A stretch of 64,000 bases of DNA from assembly GCA_965203355.1 (NCBI GenBank), contig OZ241889.1:2304001-2368000 (forward strand), given 5' to 3'. This document shows, one piece after another, positions 1 through 9,761 of this stretch (position 1 is its first letter; every line of letters starts with the position of its first letter). Source of the stretch: Candidatus Latescibacterota bacterium. GTDB lineage: Bacteria; Latescibacterota; UBA2968; UBA8231. The notes under the pieces are model-generated. The model ran no database searches and was not told the DNA's origin. It worked only from the letters and a program-made list of their open reading frames with translations. Both the position numbers and the translations under genes were made by a program.

Positions 1-2
1 TC

Positions 3-2138
3 AACGGAATTCAGTGGGACTTTGCCGCCGATAAGTACCAGGCTACTCTCCTGCTGGCTCGGCCTAGTCGGCCGGCAGTGGCCACTTCTCTGGATATCCC
101 GGATCAGAAGACTAGTGTCACCAACTTGCTCGGTGGACGGGGCCTAGTCCAAGTGGGAGACTTCGTCCAAGTGGGGGCGACCTACGTGACCGCCTTCCAA
201 GGCCAGACGCTGTTCGACGATTTCACTGGCAACCCTTTCGCGGGCGGGGCGCTGACCACCGACCAGAATGCGCTGCCCATCTCCCGCATCATTATCCGCC
301 TGTCGGACGACTCGCCCGCAGATGGGGTGGGTGGAGCGGCCCTGTTTGACGACGAAATCATCATCGAGGATGTGGACGGCAACGTTTTCAGAGGCAGTGC
401 CATAGGATTCGAGCCCATACGCGAGGGGGGATTCCAACGGGTGGGGTTTTTAGCCGCGGATGGGGACGAGCGCATCACGCTCACCTACGACTTTACTGAC
501 CCTTTGTACATAGGCCCCGATCCTACGATTATTGAGAGAATATCTTTTGAATTGGTGATCTCCAACGACTACAAGGTAGAAATCACGTCAGACCGACAGA
601 CCAACCGGGACTCACAGCCGGTCTTTTTGCTGATCGAACGGGCCCAGAACAATATCCGCGACAACTCCAACCAACGCCTGTTGCAATTCGACTATGGTCT
701 GCCTACGGCCAATACCATCCTCGGCTTTACCTTAGAGGCCAACAAGATCAGAGGTTTTGACCTGTACTGGGAGTACGATCTCAACAGTCAATACCGCCAG
801 TATCCCAATCTCAACCTCAAGGATCATCGCAAGGCGGTTGACTACGCTCAAGCATGGATGTTCAATCTGTCCAAGGCGTCCTATCCTTGGTTCGCCTTTC
901 TCGAAGGGTATAGCATGGACGCGGGCTATTCTACCCGCACCTTCCTCGCGGGTACTCGGGGACAGGACGAAATCGATTACGAAGACGAAATATCCTATAT
1001 CTACGAGTTCGTCGAGGACAACGATGACCAAGACCGCCGACCGGACTGGAACCGCTTTGGTATGCTGTCGGACAATGCGGTCTTTCCGGGCTTTGACGAG
1101 AACAATGATTTCGTCTCGGATTTCAATCAGAACGATACGGAGGATCGCCAGAACTTCATTCCCGATTACGAAGAGCCCTTCCTGCGCTATCACTCGGATA
1201 GGCCCGAATATCTCTTCGGCGTTGACATGAACAACAATGGCTGGATCGACCGCTTCGAAAACGACGAAGAACCCGATTATCCCTATGGGCGGGATCACCG
1301 CGGCTACAATGTGTACGCGGGAACCCACATCGGGCCCGAGGCCCGGCTGACCGTCGGGCGTTTGCGCGAAGAATTGCTGGCGGGAGATCGCAAAAACGAA
1401 TCCACGTACCTGCTCTTCACCTACGAAAGGGATTTTGCCCAGTTGGGCCGTTTGCGGGTATTCGACCACTTCAAGCTGGTCGAGGACGACATTCCCAACA
1501 ATCTCTTTCAGTGGGTGCAGCCATCTGATTCCCGCGGCACCCAACAGCGCGTTTTCGACTTGCTGCCGGCGCGCGATACTTGGATCAACACGTCCTATGT
1601 ACAGTTCGATTTCGCGTGCCTAGGGAATCTGAATGTAATCAACAAGTTCAAGACTGAAATCTACAACCAGCGCCGGGATCAGCGCGACTTGCGCGACACG
1701 GCCAGCTTTGTCGGTCTCATCAACAAAGTCGATTACACTTTCTCAGTGGGAAACATCGAGCTTGAGCCGCGCTTTAAGAGCGAATTTTTGCGCGAACACC
1801 CGGTGCGCAAACGCGACCCAGCGCGCCGCGAGTTGACCGAGACGTTTTTTCTTCTTGCCCGCATTCCCCTGCTCTCTCATACGCTCATCGAGTTAGGACT
1901 AGAATTGTCTCGATTTGAGCAGTTCCGCGACGACGAGGGGGTCCCGGTCCATCGCGACTTAGAGCCAGATTCCTTCAGTCGCATCGTCGCGATGCAATTT
2001 AATAACTCCTCGGATTACTTGGGCTACAGGCTCCATCTACAGACGGGATTTCGCCTACAGAAGCTGACGTTTGAAAATCTGCCCTCTAGCACGACCAGCA
2101 AGATATTCATGACGGCCTATGCCGGGCTGGAACGCTAG
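3..2138 (+). CDS. Large hypothetical envelope protein, 5'-truncated; Asp/Asn-rich putative Ca-binding loops and probable C-terminal beta-barrel
   Basis: Frame is open from nt 3 (NGIQWDFAADKYQ...), so the true start lies upstream of the window. Motifs EDNDDQDRRPD, DENNDFVSDFNQND and DMNNNGWIDRFEND; alternating amphipathic strands at the C-terminus (YLGYRLHLQTGFRLQ, KIFMTAYAGL). Confidence 0.75.
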   Translation, partial: NGIQWDFAADKYQATLLLARPSRPAVATSLDIPDQKTSVTNLLGGRGLVQVGDFVQVGATYVTAFQGQTLFDDFTGNPFAGGALTTDQNALPISRIIIRLSDDSPADGVGGAALFDDEIIIEDVDGNVFRGSAIGFEPIREGGFQRVGFLAADGDERITLTYDFTDPLYIGPDPTIIERISFELVISNDYKVEITSDRQTNRDSQPVFLLIERAQNNIRDNSNQRLLQFDYGLPTANTILGFTLEANKIRGFDLYWEYDLNSQYRQYPNLNLKDHRKAVDYAQAWMFNLSKASYPWFAFLEGYSMDAGYSTRTFLAGTRGQDEIDYEDEISYIYEFVEDNDDQDRRPDWNRFGMLSDNAVFPGFDENNDFVSDFNQNDTEDRQNFIPDYEEPFLRYHSDRPEYLFGVDMNNNGWIDRFENDEEPDYPYGRDHRGYNVYAGTHIGPEARLTVGRLREELLAGDRKNESTYLLFTYERDFAQLGRLRVFDHFKLVEDDIPNNLFQWVQPSDSRGTQQRVFDLLPARDTWINTSYVQFDFACLGNLNVINKFKTEIYNQRRDQRDLRDTASFVGLINKVDYTFSVGNIELEPRFKSEFLREHPVRKRDPARRELTETFFLLARIPLLSHTLIELGLELSRFEQFRDDEGVPVHRDLEPDSFSRIVAMQFNNSSDYLGYRLHLQTGFRLQKLTFENLPSSTTSKIFMTAYAGLER

Positions 2139-2278
2139 GCGGCTTGACCTTCGCAAGGCAGTGATACAACCCGGCGATCTGTTAGCTGAAAGGAGGAAAA
2201 AGAAACAGGCGTCGTTTCAGCCCCGATTGGGGTAGCAAGATACACCATGCTCCACTAACTATAAAGAGAGGCATTGCA

Positions 2279-3154
2279 ATGAAGAGAATCAATGAAGTGG
2301 CAATCACGTTACTGGTCTCGGCCCTTATGGTCGGCGCGGCTTTTGGCCATCAGGGGGAGATGAAGTTCATGTTCCAGTTCCCGGATCACCTGACGCCCGT
2401 GCTCGATGGCGATATGTCGGACTGGGACATTGTCGGCGATGTGTACAAAACCAAAGCCGAAACCATGTTCAACCAGTTCGGTGCGCCCATGGATCTAAGC
2501 GATTTCAACGCTTGGCTCGCTTGGGGCTACAACGTCAACGACGGCAAGGCCTATTTTGCCGCTTGGGTTGCCGACGATTTCATCAACAACACCGAGAAGT
2601 GGTCGACGACCACAGATTGGGACCACTCCGGCGGCATCTTTCGCGGCTTTGACCAAGGGGATGATTTCGAGACCCGCTGGGCCAGTGCCCAAGCCCAACG
2701 CTACGATCTAGCCGGCCCAATTTTCAGCTCGTCCGGTTATTATACCCGGATTATTGATGGCTCCAAATCTTGGGCAGGCCAGTCCCCTTACGTGGAGTGG
2801 GCCGGTAAGTTCCTTCGCGGCGACGTCAACACCCAAGAGCCCGCTGAAATGTTCGGCGAGTACACCATTGTGCCCTTTGACGATATCCATCCCGACGGCC
2901 CCGACCAGAGTGTTAGGCACAATTGGGTGGAAGGCACAATTGTCGGTATAGAGGTCAACTGGGGGGACAAGGATGCCGATCCTGGCTCCTACGACGATGC
3001 CTATTGGTCCGGTTTCGGTGGCATAGGTGCTTCCAGAGACGCCGATCAGTTCGGAGACTATTTGTTGGCACCCATCGAAGAGGGGTTGCCCGAAGCCAGA
3101 TCTACGGCAGTCGAGAACAACACTTGGGGGCAGATCAAGTCCACATTCAAATAA
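2279..3154 (+). CDS. Secreted CBM9/DOMON-like protein with C-terminal TWGxIK tail
   Basis: Signal peptide MKRINEVAITLLVSALMVGAAFG; PVLDGDMSDW resembles the CBM9-like N-terminal motif; ends STAVENNTWGQIKSTFK; SD-like GAGAGG upstream. Confidence 0.75.
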   Translation: MKRINEVAITLLVSALMVGAAFGHQGEMKFMFQFPDHLTPVLDGDMSDWDIVGDVYKTKAETMFNQFGAPMDLSDFNAWLAWGYNVNDGKAYFAAWVADDFINNTEKWSTTTDWDHSGGIFRGFDQGDDFETRWASAQAQRYDLAGPIFSSSGYYTRIIDGSKSWAGQSPYVEWAGKFLRGDVNTQEPAEMFGEYTIVPFDDIHPDGPDQSVRHNWVEGTIVGIEVNWGDKDADPGSYDDAYWSGFGGIGASRDADQFGDYLLAPIEEGLPEARSTAVENNTWGQIKSTFK

Positions 3155-3197
3155 AGCCGATTCGACAGCCTGTTATAGACGTCGCAGGATGTTTTCA

Positions 3198-3229
3198 GGC
3201 GGGGTTTACAGGGGACTGTAAATCCCGCC
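3198..3229 (+). terminator. Stem-loop (GGGA tetraloop); weak terminator or mRNA-stabilising hairpin
   Basis: GGCGGGGTTTACAG-GGGA-CTGTAAATCCCGCC followed by GTTCTCTT. Confidence 0.6.
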
Positions 3230-3266
3230 GTTCTCTTGGTTGGCGACCAAGCAAAGGAGGCACTGG

Positions 3267-5117
3267 GTGCGACAGGTACTGATTATAGTCCTGACCGTGT
3301 TGGGGATGGGAGCGGGCTATTGGGCCGAGGCGCGCCAATTTTACCAACTGGGGGGCCGTGTTGGAAATCCTTGGCGTGAAAGCGGCACCCTGACTTTCAC
3401 CGACGTGGCAAAAGTGCCGGGTGCCATCCGCCCGTTCAATGCCGAAAGCGGCGAGAATCTGATTGCCTCAATGGGTGAGCGAAATGGCGACATTACCAGT
3501 TTAGTAAGCATTTATACCCTGCCGGCGAATTGGCTAGACGACCGCGTACTGATAGTAGATGGCGATTCGAATACAGCGTTTGTGCATCCGCCGCGCATCA
3601 ATTTCTTTCGCGGCCCCGGATTCTTCTATACCACGCCGCTGTTCTTCGATCTGGGGGCACCATTCCCCATTGAAGAGATCCGCTTTGCTCCCCGCGCCGA
3701 TCACCCAGGGCATAAGATCCGCCAGTTTAGGCTTTATATCAACGATGGCCGGGAAAAGAGCAAAGACGAAAAAGGAAATCTCATCTGGACCTTGGTTCGC
3801 GACGAGCAAGACAACTTGAGCCCGGCGGTCGAACTGGATATCGAACCCCAGATAGCACGCCACGTCTATCTCCACCCCTTGGAGGTAGGTGAGACTTGGG
3901 AAGTGGCTGAGTTCGAAGTGTACGGTCAGGGGTTTGTCCCCCAAGCCTCATTTTTGTCCGACCCGATTGATCTGGGACGAGCATCCAGTCTGGGACGCAT
4001 CTGGTGGAGTGGCCAACTCGATTTAGGAGCGAAAATAGTCGTTCAGAGCCGCAGCGGCAGTGATGATCAGCCCGAGGTTTACTGGCGCAAGACCGGAGTG
4101 GGTGGAGAGGAAGTGCCATTCGGGGTCAATGGTCGGCCCATGAGCCGCCAAGAGTATGAAGCCATGCCCCAGAACGTACAGGGGAGCATTACCGAGGATC
4201 TGGAAAACTGGAGCGTATGGCACACGTATGAGTATGCGGACGGGCTTGCCGGCACTCAGATTCTTTCTCCCAGCCCCCGGCAGTATATGCAGTTACACAT
4301 CGCCTTTTTTTCCGCCATATTGGCGGGGGGACAGGTTGACTCACTGTTCTTTGAATTTTCCCAACCCCCGGTAGTCTCCGCGGTGATTGGCGAAATCTCC
4401 CCTCCTTTTGTAGAGGCGGCTGACCCGGTTCAGTTCACCTATGCGGTGCGAACCCGCTTGGAGGCAGAACAATCGGGTTTTAATGTTCTCGAGGTGCGCA
4501 CGCGCGCTCGTCTAGAGGCCGTCCACGAGGTGCGCATCAACCGCGAAGTAGTCGATTTTACCCTGAGTTTCGATTCGGCCAATCCCCACCAGTTCGCCGT
4601 CCAATTTGATCGCATTGACCAAGACCAGACCCTGCTAGAAGTGGATTTTGACGCCCGAGTATTCAACTATGGAACGACCTTCAGCGGCGCGGTGTCGGAT
4701 GCGGACAGCGACGCAGTACCCCAGAGCGTGATTCCCGGAGATGCTACGAGCGAGTTGCTGAGCGACGCCTTGAACGTCCGCACCCCGCTCAAGGGTAATC
4801 TGCTCAGCACCGTGCAGGTAACTCCCAATCCGTTTTCACCCAATGGAGATAGCGTCAACGATCAAGTGCAGTTTTCCTATACATTACTGCGCCTAACCGA
4901 TGTCGTGCCCCTTAAGACGGAAATCTACACGCCAGCGGGAAACCGCGTTCGCACCTTGGGCCGCGAGGAGGGGCGTAGTGCGATCTATCAAACTGCTTGG
5001 GACGGGCGGGATGACCAAGGTGAGTTAGTAGCTCCAGGATTGTATATTTACCGCGTCGTGGTAGAAGCAGGCAGCGGTCAGGAGGAGCGGCTGGGACCTA
5101 TCGCTTTGGTGTACTAA
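3267..5117 (+). CDS. Secreted protein with discoidin-like domain and C-terminal FlgD-Ig/CHU_C-like domain
   Basis: AAGGAGG 6 nt before GTG 3267; signal peptide; C-terminus PNPFSPNGDSVND...WDGRDDQGELVAPGLYIYRV. Confidence 0.8.
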   Translation: MRQVLIIVLTVLGMGAGYWAEARQFYQLGGRVGNPWRESGTLTFTDVAKVPGAIRPFNAESGENLIASMGERNGDITSLVSIYTLPANWLDDRVLIVDGDSNTAFVHPPRINFFRGPGFFYTTPLFFDLGAPFPIEEIRFAPRADHPGHKIRQFRLYINDGREKSKDEKGNLIWTLVRDEQDNLSPAVELDIEPQIARHVYLHPLEVGETWEVAEFEVYGQGFVPQASFLSDPIDLGRASSLGRIWWSGQLDLGAKIVVQSRSGSDDQPEVYWRKTGVGGEEVPFGVNGRPMSRQEYEAMPQNVQGSITEDLENWSVWHTYEYADGLAGTQILSPSPRQYMQLHIAFFSAILAGGQVDSLFFEFSQPPVVSAVIGEISPPFVEAADPVQFTYAVRTRLEAEQSGFNVLEVRTRARLEAVHEVRINREVVDFTLSFDSANPHQFAVQFDRIDQDQTLLEVDFDARVFNYGTTFSGAVSDADSDAVPQSVIPGDATSELLSDALNVRTPLKGNLLSTVQVTPNPFSPNGDSVNDQVQFSYTLLRLTDVVPLKTEIYTPAGNRVRTLGREEGRSAIYQTAWDGRDDQGELVAPGLYIYRVVVEAGSGQEERLGPIALVY

Positions 5118-5126
5118 ATAGAAGAC

Positions 5127-6866
5127 ATGAGCAACAGAAAACCATGGATTTGGCAAGAATGCAAGTGGGTACTCATGTGGAGTCTCGCGGCGTGTTCTCC
5201 AGGGGCAGAGGTCGTCCTCGAACCGGATGTGGTGGCGCGCATTGATTCCACGTCTATCTCGGTTGCCGAAATGCGCGATTTTGTCGTCCAGATGCCCCAG
5301 TCCTTGCGCCTGCCGGGACCGGGCGACCCCGTGCGCCAGCACTATCTGCGCAGCCTGCTGGGCAAGTACCTGCTCGTACTGGAGGCCAAAGAGCGGGGAT
5401 TGGATACGGCCCAAGTGGTACAGACTAAAGTGATGCACTACTGGCGCCAGCACTTGGGCGACACCTATCGCCAGCTCGTACTGATACCCAACGTGCAGGT
5501 TTCCGAGGAGGAAATACGCGCCTTTTTCGCCCAAAGTGCCCTAGACCGCAAGCGCCAGCTAGCAGGCATTCTGGTGGAAGAAGACAGCACCGCCCAGCAA
5601 ATCTATGCGCAACTCGCAGCGGGCCGGGATTTTGCCCAACTAGCCGCCGAATACACCATAGACGAACGGTCGGCTTCCCAAGGAGGCGTACTGGGATTTA
5701 CCGATCTGGAGCAGGCCCGCAGGTTGCAGATTCCAGACGAGTTGTTTCGCAGCCTGCCGAACGGACAGCTATCCCCGATCCTGACCATGGGCTCGCGCTA
5801 CCAGATCGTGCGTTTCCTCCAGGACCAGCCCGTTCCACTAGCAGAGAAACGACAGCAGATTCGCGATATACTCTACGAACGCAAGCGACTAGAGCAGGAA
5901 GTCGCGGAAATTGCGGTCCTCACCCGCAAGTTGGACGTGCAGCTAGTGCCAAAGGGCTTAGCGCTTCTACTGAATAAAGCGGCACTCCACACCCGGGTGC
6001 GGCGCGCCGATCTGACCGTCGAGGAGGTGGAGCAGCCCCTCTTTGTCTATAAGGGAGGGCATATCTCGCTGGGAGATTACCTCAATGCTCTGTGGAAGGA
6101 TATGCGGGCCTTGTCCGGCTGGGGCCTACGGGACAGTGCCGAGGTGGTTGGTGCCGCGAGGGAACTGGTTTTGATACCGGCTTTGTTGGCAGAGGCGGCG
6201 CAGCGGGCTGGGTTGGCAGAGACGGCGGATGGACAACAGCGATTAGCGGAAATACGCATAGAATTCATGATCAAACAGTTACGCCAAGAAAGGGTCATTG
6301 ATCGATCCGAGGCGAGCCGGGAGGAAGCGAGGGATTTTTACGAGAACAATGAGGAATTGTTCAAAGAACCGACCCAATACATTGTCGTTGAAGTGCTGGT
6401 CAAGACCAAATCAGAAGCTACTGGTTTGTTGCGCGCCCTCGAACAAGGGGCGACCCTCGGAGCGCTCGCGCAAAAGTACACCATCCGCCCAGGTATGCGG
6501 GAAGAAGACGGCTTGATGCATCTAGGCGAGTACGAGCGTTTGACCCAACCGCAGCTCTTCAAAGCAGTAAAGGTGGCCGAGCTCGACAAAATCACCGGCC
6601 CGGTGCCCGTTGAAGACGGGTACAGCATTTTCAAAGTTCTCAACCGTCAGGGGGGAGGTCTAGTCCCCTTTTTTCAAGCCGAGAAAAAGGCCCGGGCCTT
6701 GGTGCGCGGACAGAAGCGAGAGCAACTTTTTGAAGAGCTGATTGACGACCTACTGGACAAGCACAAAGAGCGGATCGCCGTATCTGACAGCGCGTTGGCG
6801 GCGGCTCTGCCCGATACGTTCCTGCAGTACCATACATGGGAAGCCCCAACCAAGGGCGATGATTAG
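5127..6866 (+). CDS. SurA/PrsA-like peptidyl-prolyl isomerase or chaperone lipoprotein with two parvulin-like domains
   Basis: Lipobox-like SLAAC; FAQLAAEYTIDERSASQGGVLG and a second unit LGALAQKYTIRPG...ITGPVPVEDGYSIFKV. Confidence 0.75.
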   Translation: MSNRKPWIWQECKWVLMWSLAACSPGAEVVLEPDVVARIDSTSISVAEMRDFVVQMPQSLRLPGPGDPVRQHYLRSLLGKYLLVLEAKERGLDTAQVVQTKVMHYWRQHLGDTYRQLVLIPNVQVSEEEIRAFFAQSALDRKRQLAGILVEEDSTAQQIYAQLAAGRDFAQLAAEYTIDERSASQGGVLGFTDLEQARRLQIPDELFRSLPNGQLSPILTMGSRYQIVRFLQDQPVPLAEKRQQIRDILYERKRLEQEVAEIAVLTRKLDVQLVPKGLALLLNKAALHTRVRRADLTVEEVEQPLFVYKGGHISLGDYLNALWKDMRALSGWGLRDSAEVVGAARELVLIPALLAEAAQRAGLAETADGQQRLAEIRIEFMIKQLRQERVIDRSEASREEARDFYENNEELFKEPTQYIVVEVLVKTKSEATGLLRALEQGATLGALAQKYTIRPGMREEDGLMHLGEYERLTQPQLFKAVKVAELDKITGPVPVEDGYSIFKVLNRQGGGLVPFFQAEKKARALVRGQKREQLFEELIDDLLDKHKERIAVSDSALAAALPDTFLQYHTWEAPTKGDD

Positions 6867-6888
6867 TAAATGGATAGGACAATAAGGT

Positions 6889-9573
6889 ATGGAACAGTAT
6901 TCGATGATTTCGGAGCCGATCGCGAGGCGAGCGGGTCTTTTGTCCACGGTGCTTTATTTTGTAGCCCTTTTGCTCCTTGTGGCTCTAAACGGGGTATGGG
7001 CCCAGTCGAGGGGTTACAGTCTGGGTGCGGACCGGGTGACGGTGCGGACCCAGGCGCATTGGCAGGCTTGGGGTTTTCCGCGGGATATGGTGACGATAAT
7101 GCCATCTGGCTCGGTGCAGTCCAGATTCATACAAGTACCGCACAACGCCATGTTGAATGCGGCCGACTTTAGCTATCCCATTGATGGCAGTTTGCGCGAT
7201 CAATACGCCAATTCGTTTCAAGGCGCAAACAACGCGCTGCTGGCACACGGCGGTATCAAAAGGGCTGGTTCAAATCCGCCGCTAGCCGAGCGAGCCATTG
7301 ACGCCGATCCGACTACCGCTTGGGAGCCGGATCCGGCCGATCCGCTGCGGGACTGGGTGTTGGAGATTGATCTTGGCCGCTTGGTGTCGGCTACCAAGGT
7401 CGTTGTACGCTTTGCCGAAGAAGGGGATCCGTTTCTGCAATTCAGGGTGCATTCGGCCGGGGGGCAAAATCCCTTCGGCACGGCCGACCGCAGCGGTGCC
7501 TTGGACTACACCCTAGTCGGCAGTACCACCCAGCCCAATCGCACCCAGCGAGTCTTTGAGTTCGACCTCGCACCACTGGGCACCTATACAGAAGAGTGGA
7601 CCGGCCGCATTGTGCAGTACCTGCGCATCGCGGTCACGGCCACTAATGGCGCGCGGGCGCAACAGATCGCTGCCGAGGATTATCAGGCGTTGGCAGCAGA
7701 GAACCGAGGTGCTGTGGAATACGTCTGGAAAATCGCCGGCGAAGAGCGGCTAGTACTGGCCGAGCGTTACGACCAGTTGCCACTCGAGCAGCAGGGCGGG
7801 ATGCGCTATTACCGCCGTGAACGGCCTCAACTCGCCGAGGTTGAGGTTTGGACTGTGGGCGAGAATATTGCCTTGGGGATCGTAGAGCGCGGCGGCAGTT
7901 TACGCGACGTCAATCCCAACTCTTCGCCCGAACTGGCCGTTGATGGCAACATGCGCACCGAGTGGCAGAGCATGGTTTACTTTCCCACCGGGGAGACCGC
8001 CGAGTGGGGTCTGTTGAACGTGGATTTGGGCTCCCACTTTATGGTCCATGCCGTGCGCATCATCACCCGCGTTGGAGGACGAAACCTGATTGGTTATCTA
8101 TTGCGCGGTTCGGACGGCTCGCTGGCACCCGATGGCAGTTTAATTTGGGAGGAATTGAGTGGTGAGACGCGGCAGCTAAACCAGAATACGCGGTTGTTTG
8201 AGGATCGCTTTGCGCCGCGCCTTGTGCGTTTTCTCGAATTCCGCAACCTAGATATTGCCCGCCGCACTAGGGCCCATGAAGGGCATCGGATACTGAGCAC
8301 GGTGCCTGAAATCCAAGTCTTCGCCAATGGGTACCTACCGATTCTCGAGATGACTTCCGACCTTATCGATCTGGGGAGTTCCAAGACGCTGACTACCATC
8401 GAATGGGAAGCTAACACCCCTTCGGGCACAGCAGTGGAAATCCGCACCCGGACGGGAAACGATCTGCGCGAAGTACAGCGCTATTTCAAAAAAGACGGTA
8501 CGGAAGTAGCTAACAAAGAAGAATACGAGGCTCTGCCGTCCTTCTTCAGAGGCGAGATCCTGACCGAGTTCTTGCCGGGACCGGGTTGGAGCAACTGGAG
8601 TCAAGCCTACGTCAAATCGGGCGAAGTCATACGTTCCCCCAATCCCCGGCGTTATATGATGATCCAGACGAGACTACTCAGCGAAGACGCGGTCGCCGCC
8701 GCCAGCCTACAGTCGATCCAAGTCCATTTCACAGCACCGCTGGTAGAGTACATTGCCGGGGAAATAGAGCCCAAGCGGAATGTCCCCCTCGGCGAACTCA
8801 CCGATTTTGACCTCTTCATCCGTCCCTCCTTCACGGCTCAGAGTCCGGGATTCGACCGCATCCGTCTCATAGTGCCTTCGCAAGCGAATATCGAACTGCG
8901 CCAAGTGAGTTTGGGAGACGAAAGCGAATTTGTCGCTGGCAACGAGGAAATATTTGCCGAAGTGGCAAAAGACCGTTTTGAGAATGGAGCGGGGGCGGCG
9001 TTGGAATGGACCAAGGTGGCAAGTGATACCCTGCAACTCGGCTTGCCAAGGGTGCTGCGGCAAGGCCATGCGGATATTGTGCGGATATCTTTTTCGTCGC
9101 GTGTTTTCCTGAGCGGCGCCACTTTTGCAGCCGAGGTTGGGCACTCAGCGCAAGCGGGTAACTGGCAGAGGGTGGATCCAGCGGACCCGGTAGGAGACGA
9201 ATTGGCCGCGGGTGAGGGGTTGACAGTATTGACGACCGCCCGCCGCGGGCCGCTCGGAACCATTGAGGTAGAGCCCGGCACTTTTACCCCCAATGGCGAT
9301 GGCGTCAACGACGCGGCTGTCTTTTCGTTTTCCGTGCTCAAAGTCAATGTAGCCCGGCAAGTAGCGGTGGATTTCTACGACTTGGCAGGCAGGCAGGTGA
9401 GGCGTCTTGCTGAGCAGCGCCATATAGCAAACGGGCGGTATCGTCTGGCTTGGGACGGACGAGATGAAGAGGGAACTTTAGTTTCCCCGGGCCTTTACCT
9501 CGCTCGTATTGAGGTGGCCGACGACGCGAGGGATGCCAACTTGGCTGTCCGCCTAGTGGGGGTGGCGTATTGA
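6889..9573 (+). CDS. Secreted protein with discoidin-like domains and C-terminal FlgD-Ig/CHU_C-like domain; paralog of 3267-5117
   Basis: Hydrophobic signal ending VWA-Q; AIDADPTTAW and AVDGNMRTEW motifs; C-terminus FTPNGDGVND...WDGRDEEGTLVSPGLYLARI. Confidence 0.8.
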   Translation: MEQYSMISEPIARRAGLLSTVLYFVALLLLVALNGVWAQSRGYSLGADRVTVRTQAHWQAWGFPRDMVTIMPSGSVQSRFIQVPHNAMLNAADFSYPIDGSLRDQYANSFQGANNALLAHGGIKRAGSNPPLAERAIDADPTTAWEPDPADPLRDWVLEIDLGRLVSATKVVVRFAEEGDPFLQFRVHSAGGQNPFGTADRSGALDYTLVGSTTQPNRTQRVFEFDLAPLGTYTEEWTGRIVQYLRIAVTATNGARAQQIAAEDYQALAAENRGAVEYVWKIAGEERLVLAERYDQLPLEQQGGMRYYRRERPQLAEVEVWTVGENIALGIVERGGSLRDVNPNSSPELAVDGNMRTEWQSMVYFPTGETAEWGLLNVDLGSHFMVHAVRIITRVGGRNLIGYLLRGSDGSLAPDGSLIWEELSGETRQLNQNTRLFEDRFAPRLVRFLEFRNLDIARRTRAHEGHRILSTVPEIQVFANGYLPILEMTSDLIDLGSSKTLTTIEWEANTPSGTAVEIRTRTGNDLREVQRYFKKDGTEVANKEEYEALPSFFRGEILTEFLPGPGWSNWSQAYVKSGEVIRSPNPRRYMMIQTRLLSEDAVAAASLQSIQVHFTAPLVEYIAGEIEPKRNVPLGELTDFDLFIRPSFTAQSPGFDRIRLIVPSQANIELRQVSLGDESEFVAGNEEIFAEVAKDRFENGAGAALEWTKVASDTLQLGLPRVLRQGHADIVRISFSSRVFLSGATFAAEVGHSAQAGNWQRVDPADPVGDELAAGEGLTVLTTARRGPLGTIEVEPGTFTPNGDGVNDAAVFSFSVLKVNVARQVAVDFYDLAGRQVRRLAEQRHIANGRYRLAWDGRDEEGTLVSPGLYLARIEVADDARDANLAVRLVGVAY

Positions 9574-9761
9574 CTTTTGCGATGCGTCGGTGGCCGCACA
9601 GCGACCGCGTTTGTTCCTCTTAATTGGACTGTGCTTATGACAGGGGGACCTGCTCGACTTTTAACCGGAGACAGCGATGTGAGCGAGCCGACTCCGATTG
9701 TCCAAGATGCCTTGATTCCGAGCCGCGTTATCAAGAGCGGCCCAGACACTGAGTAAACGCC

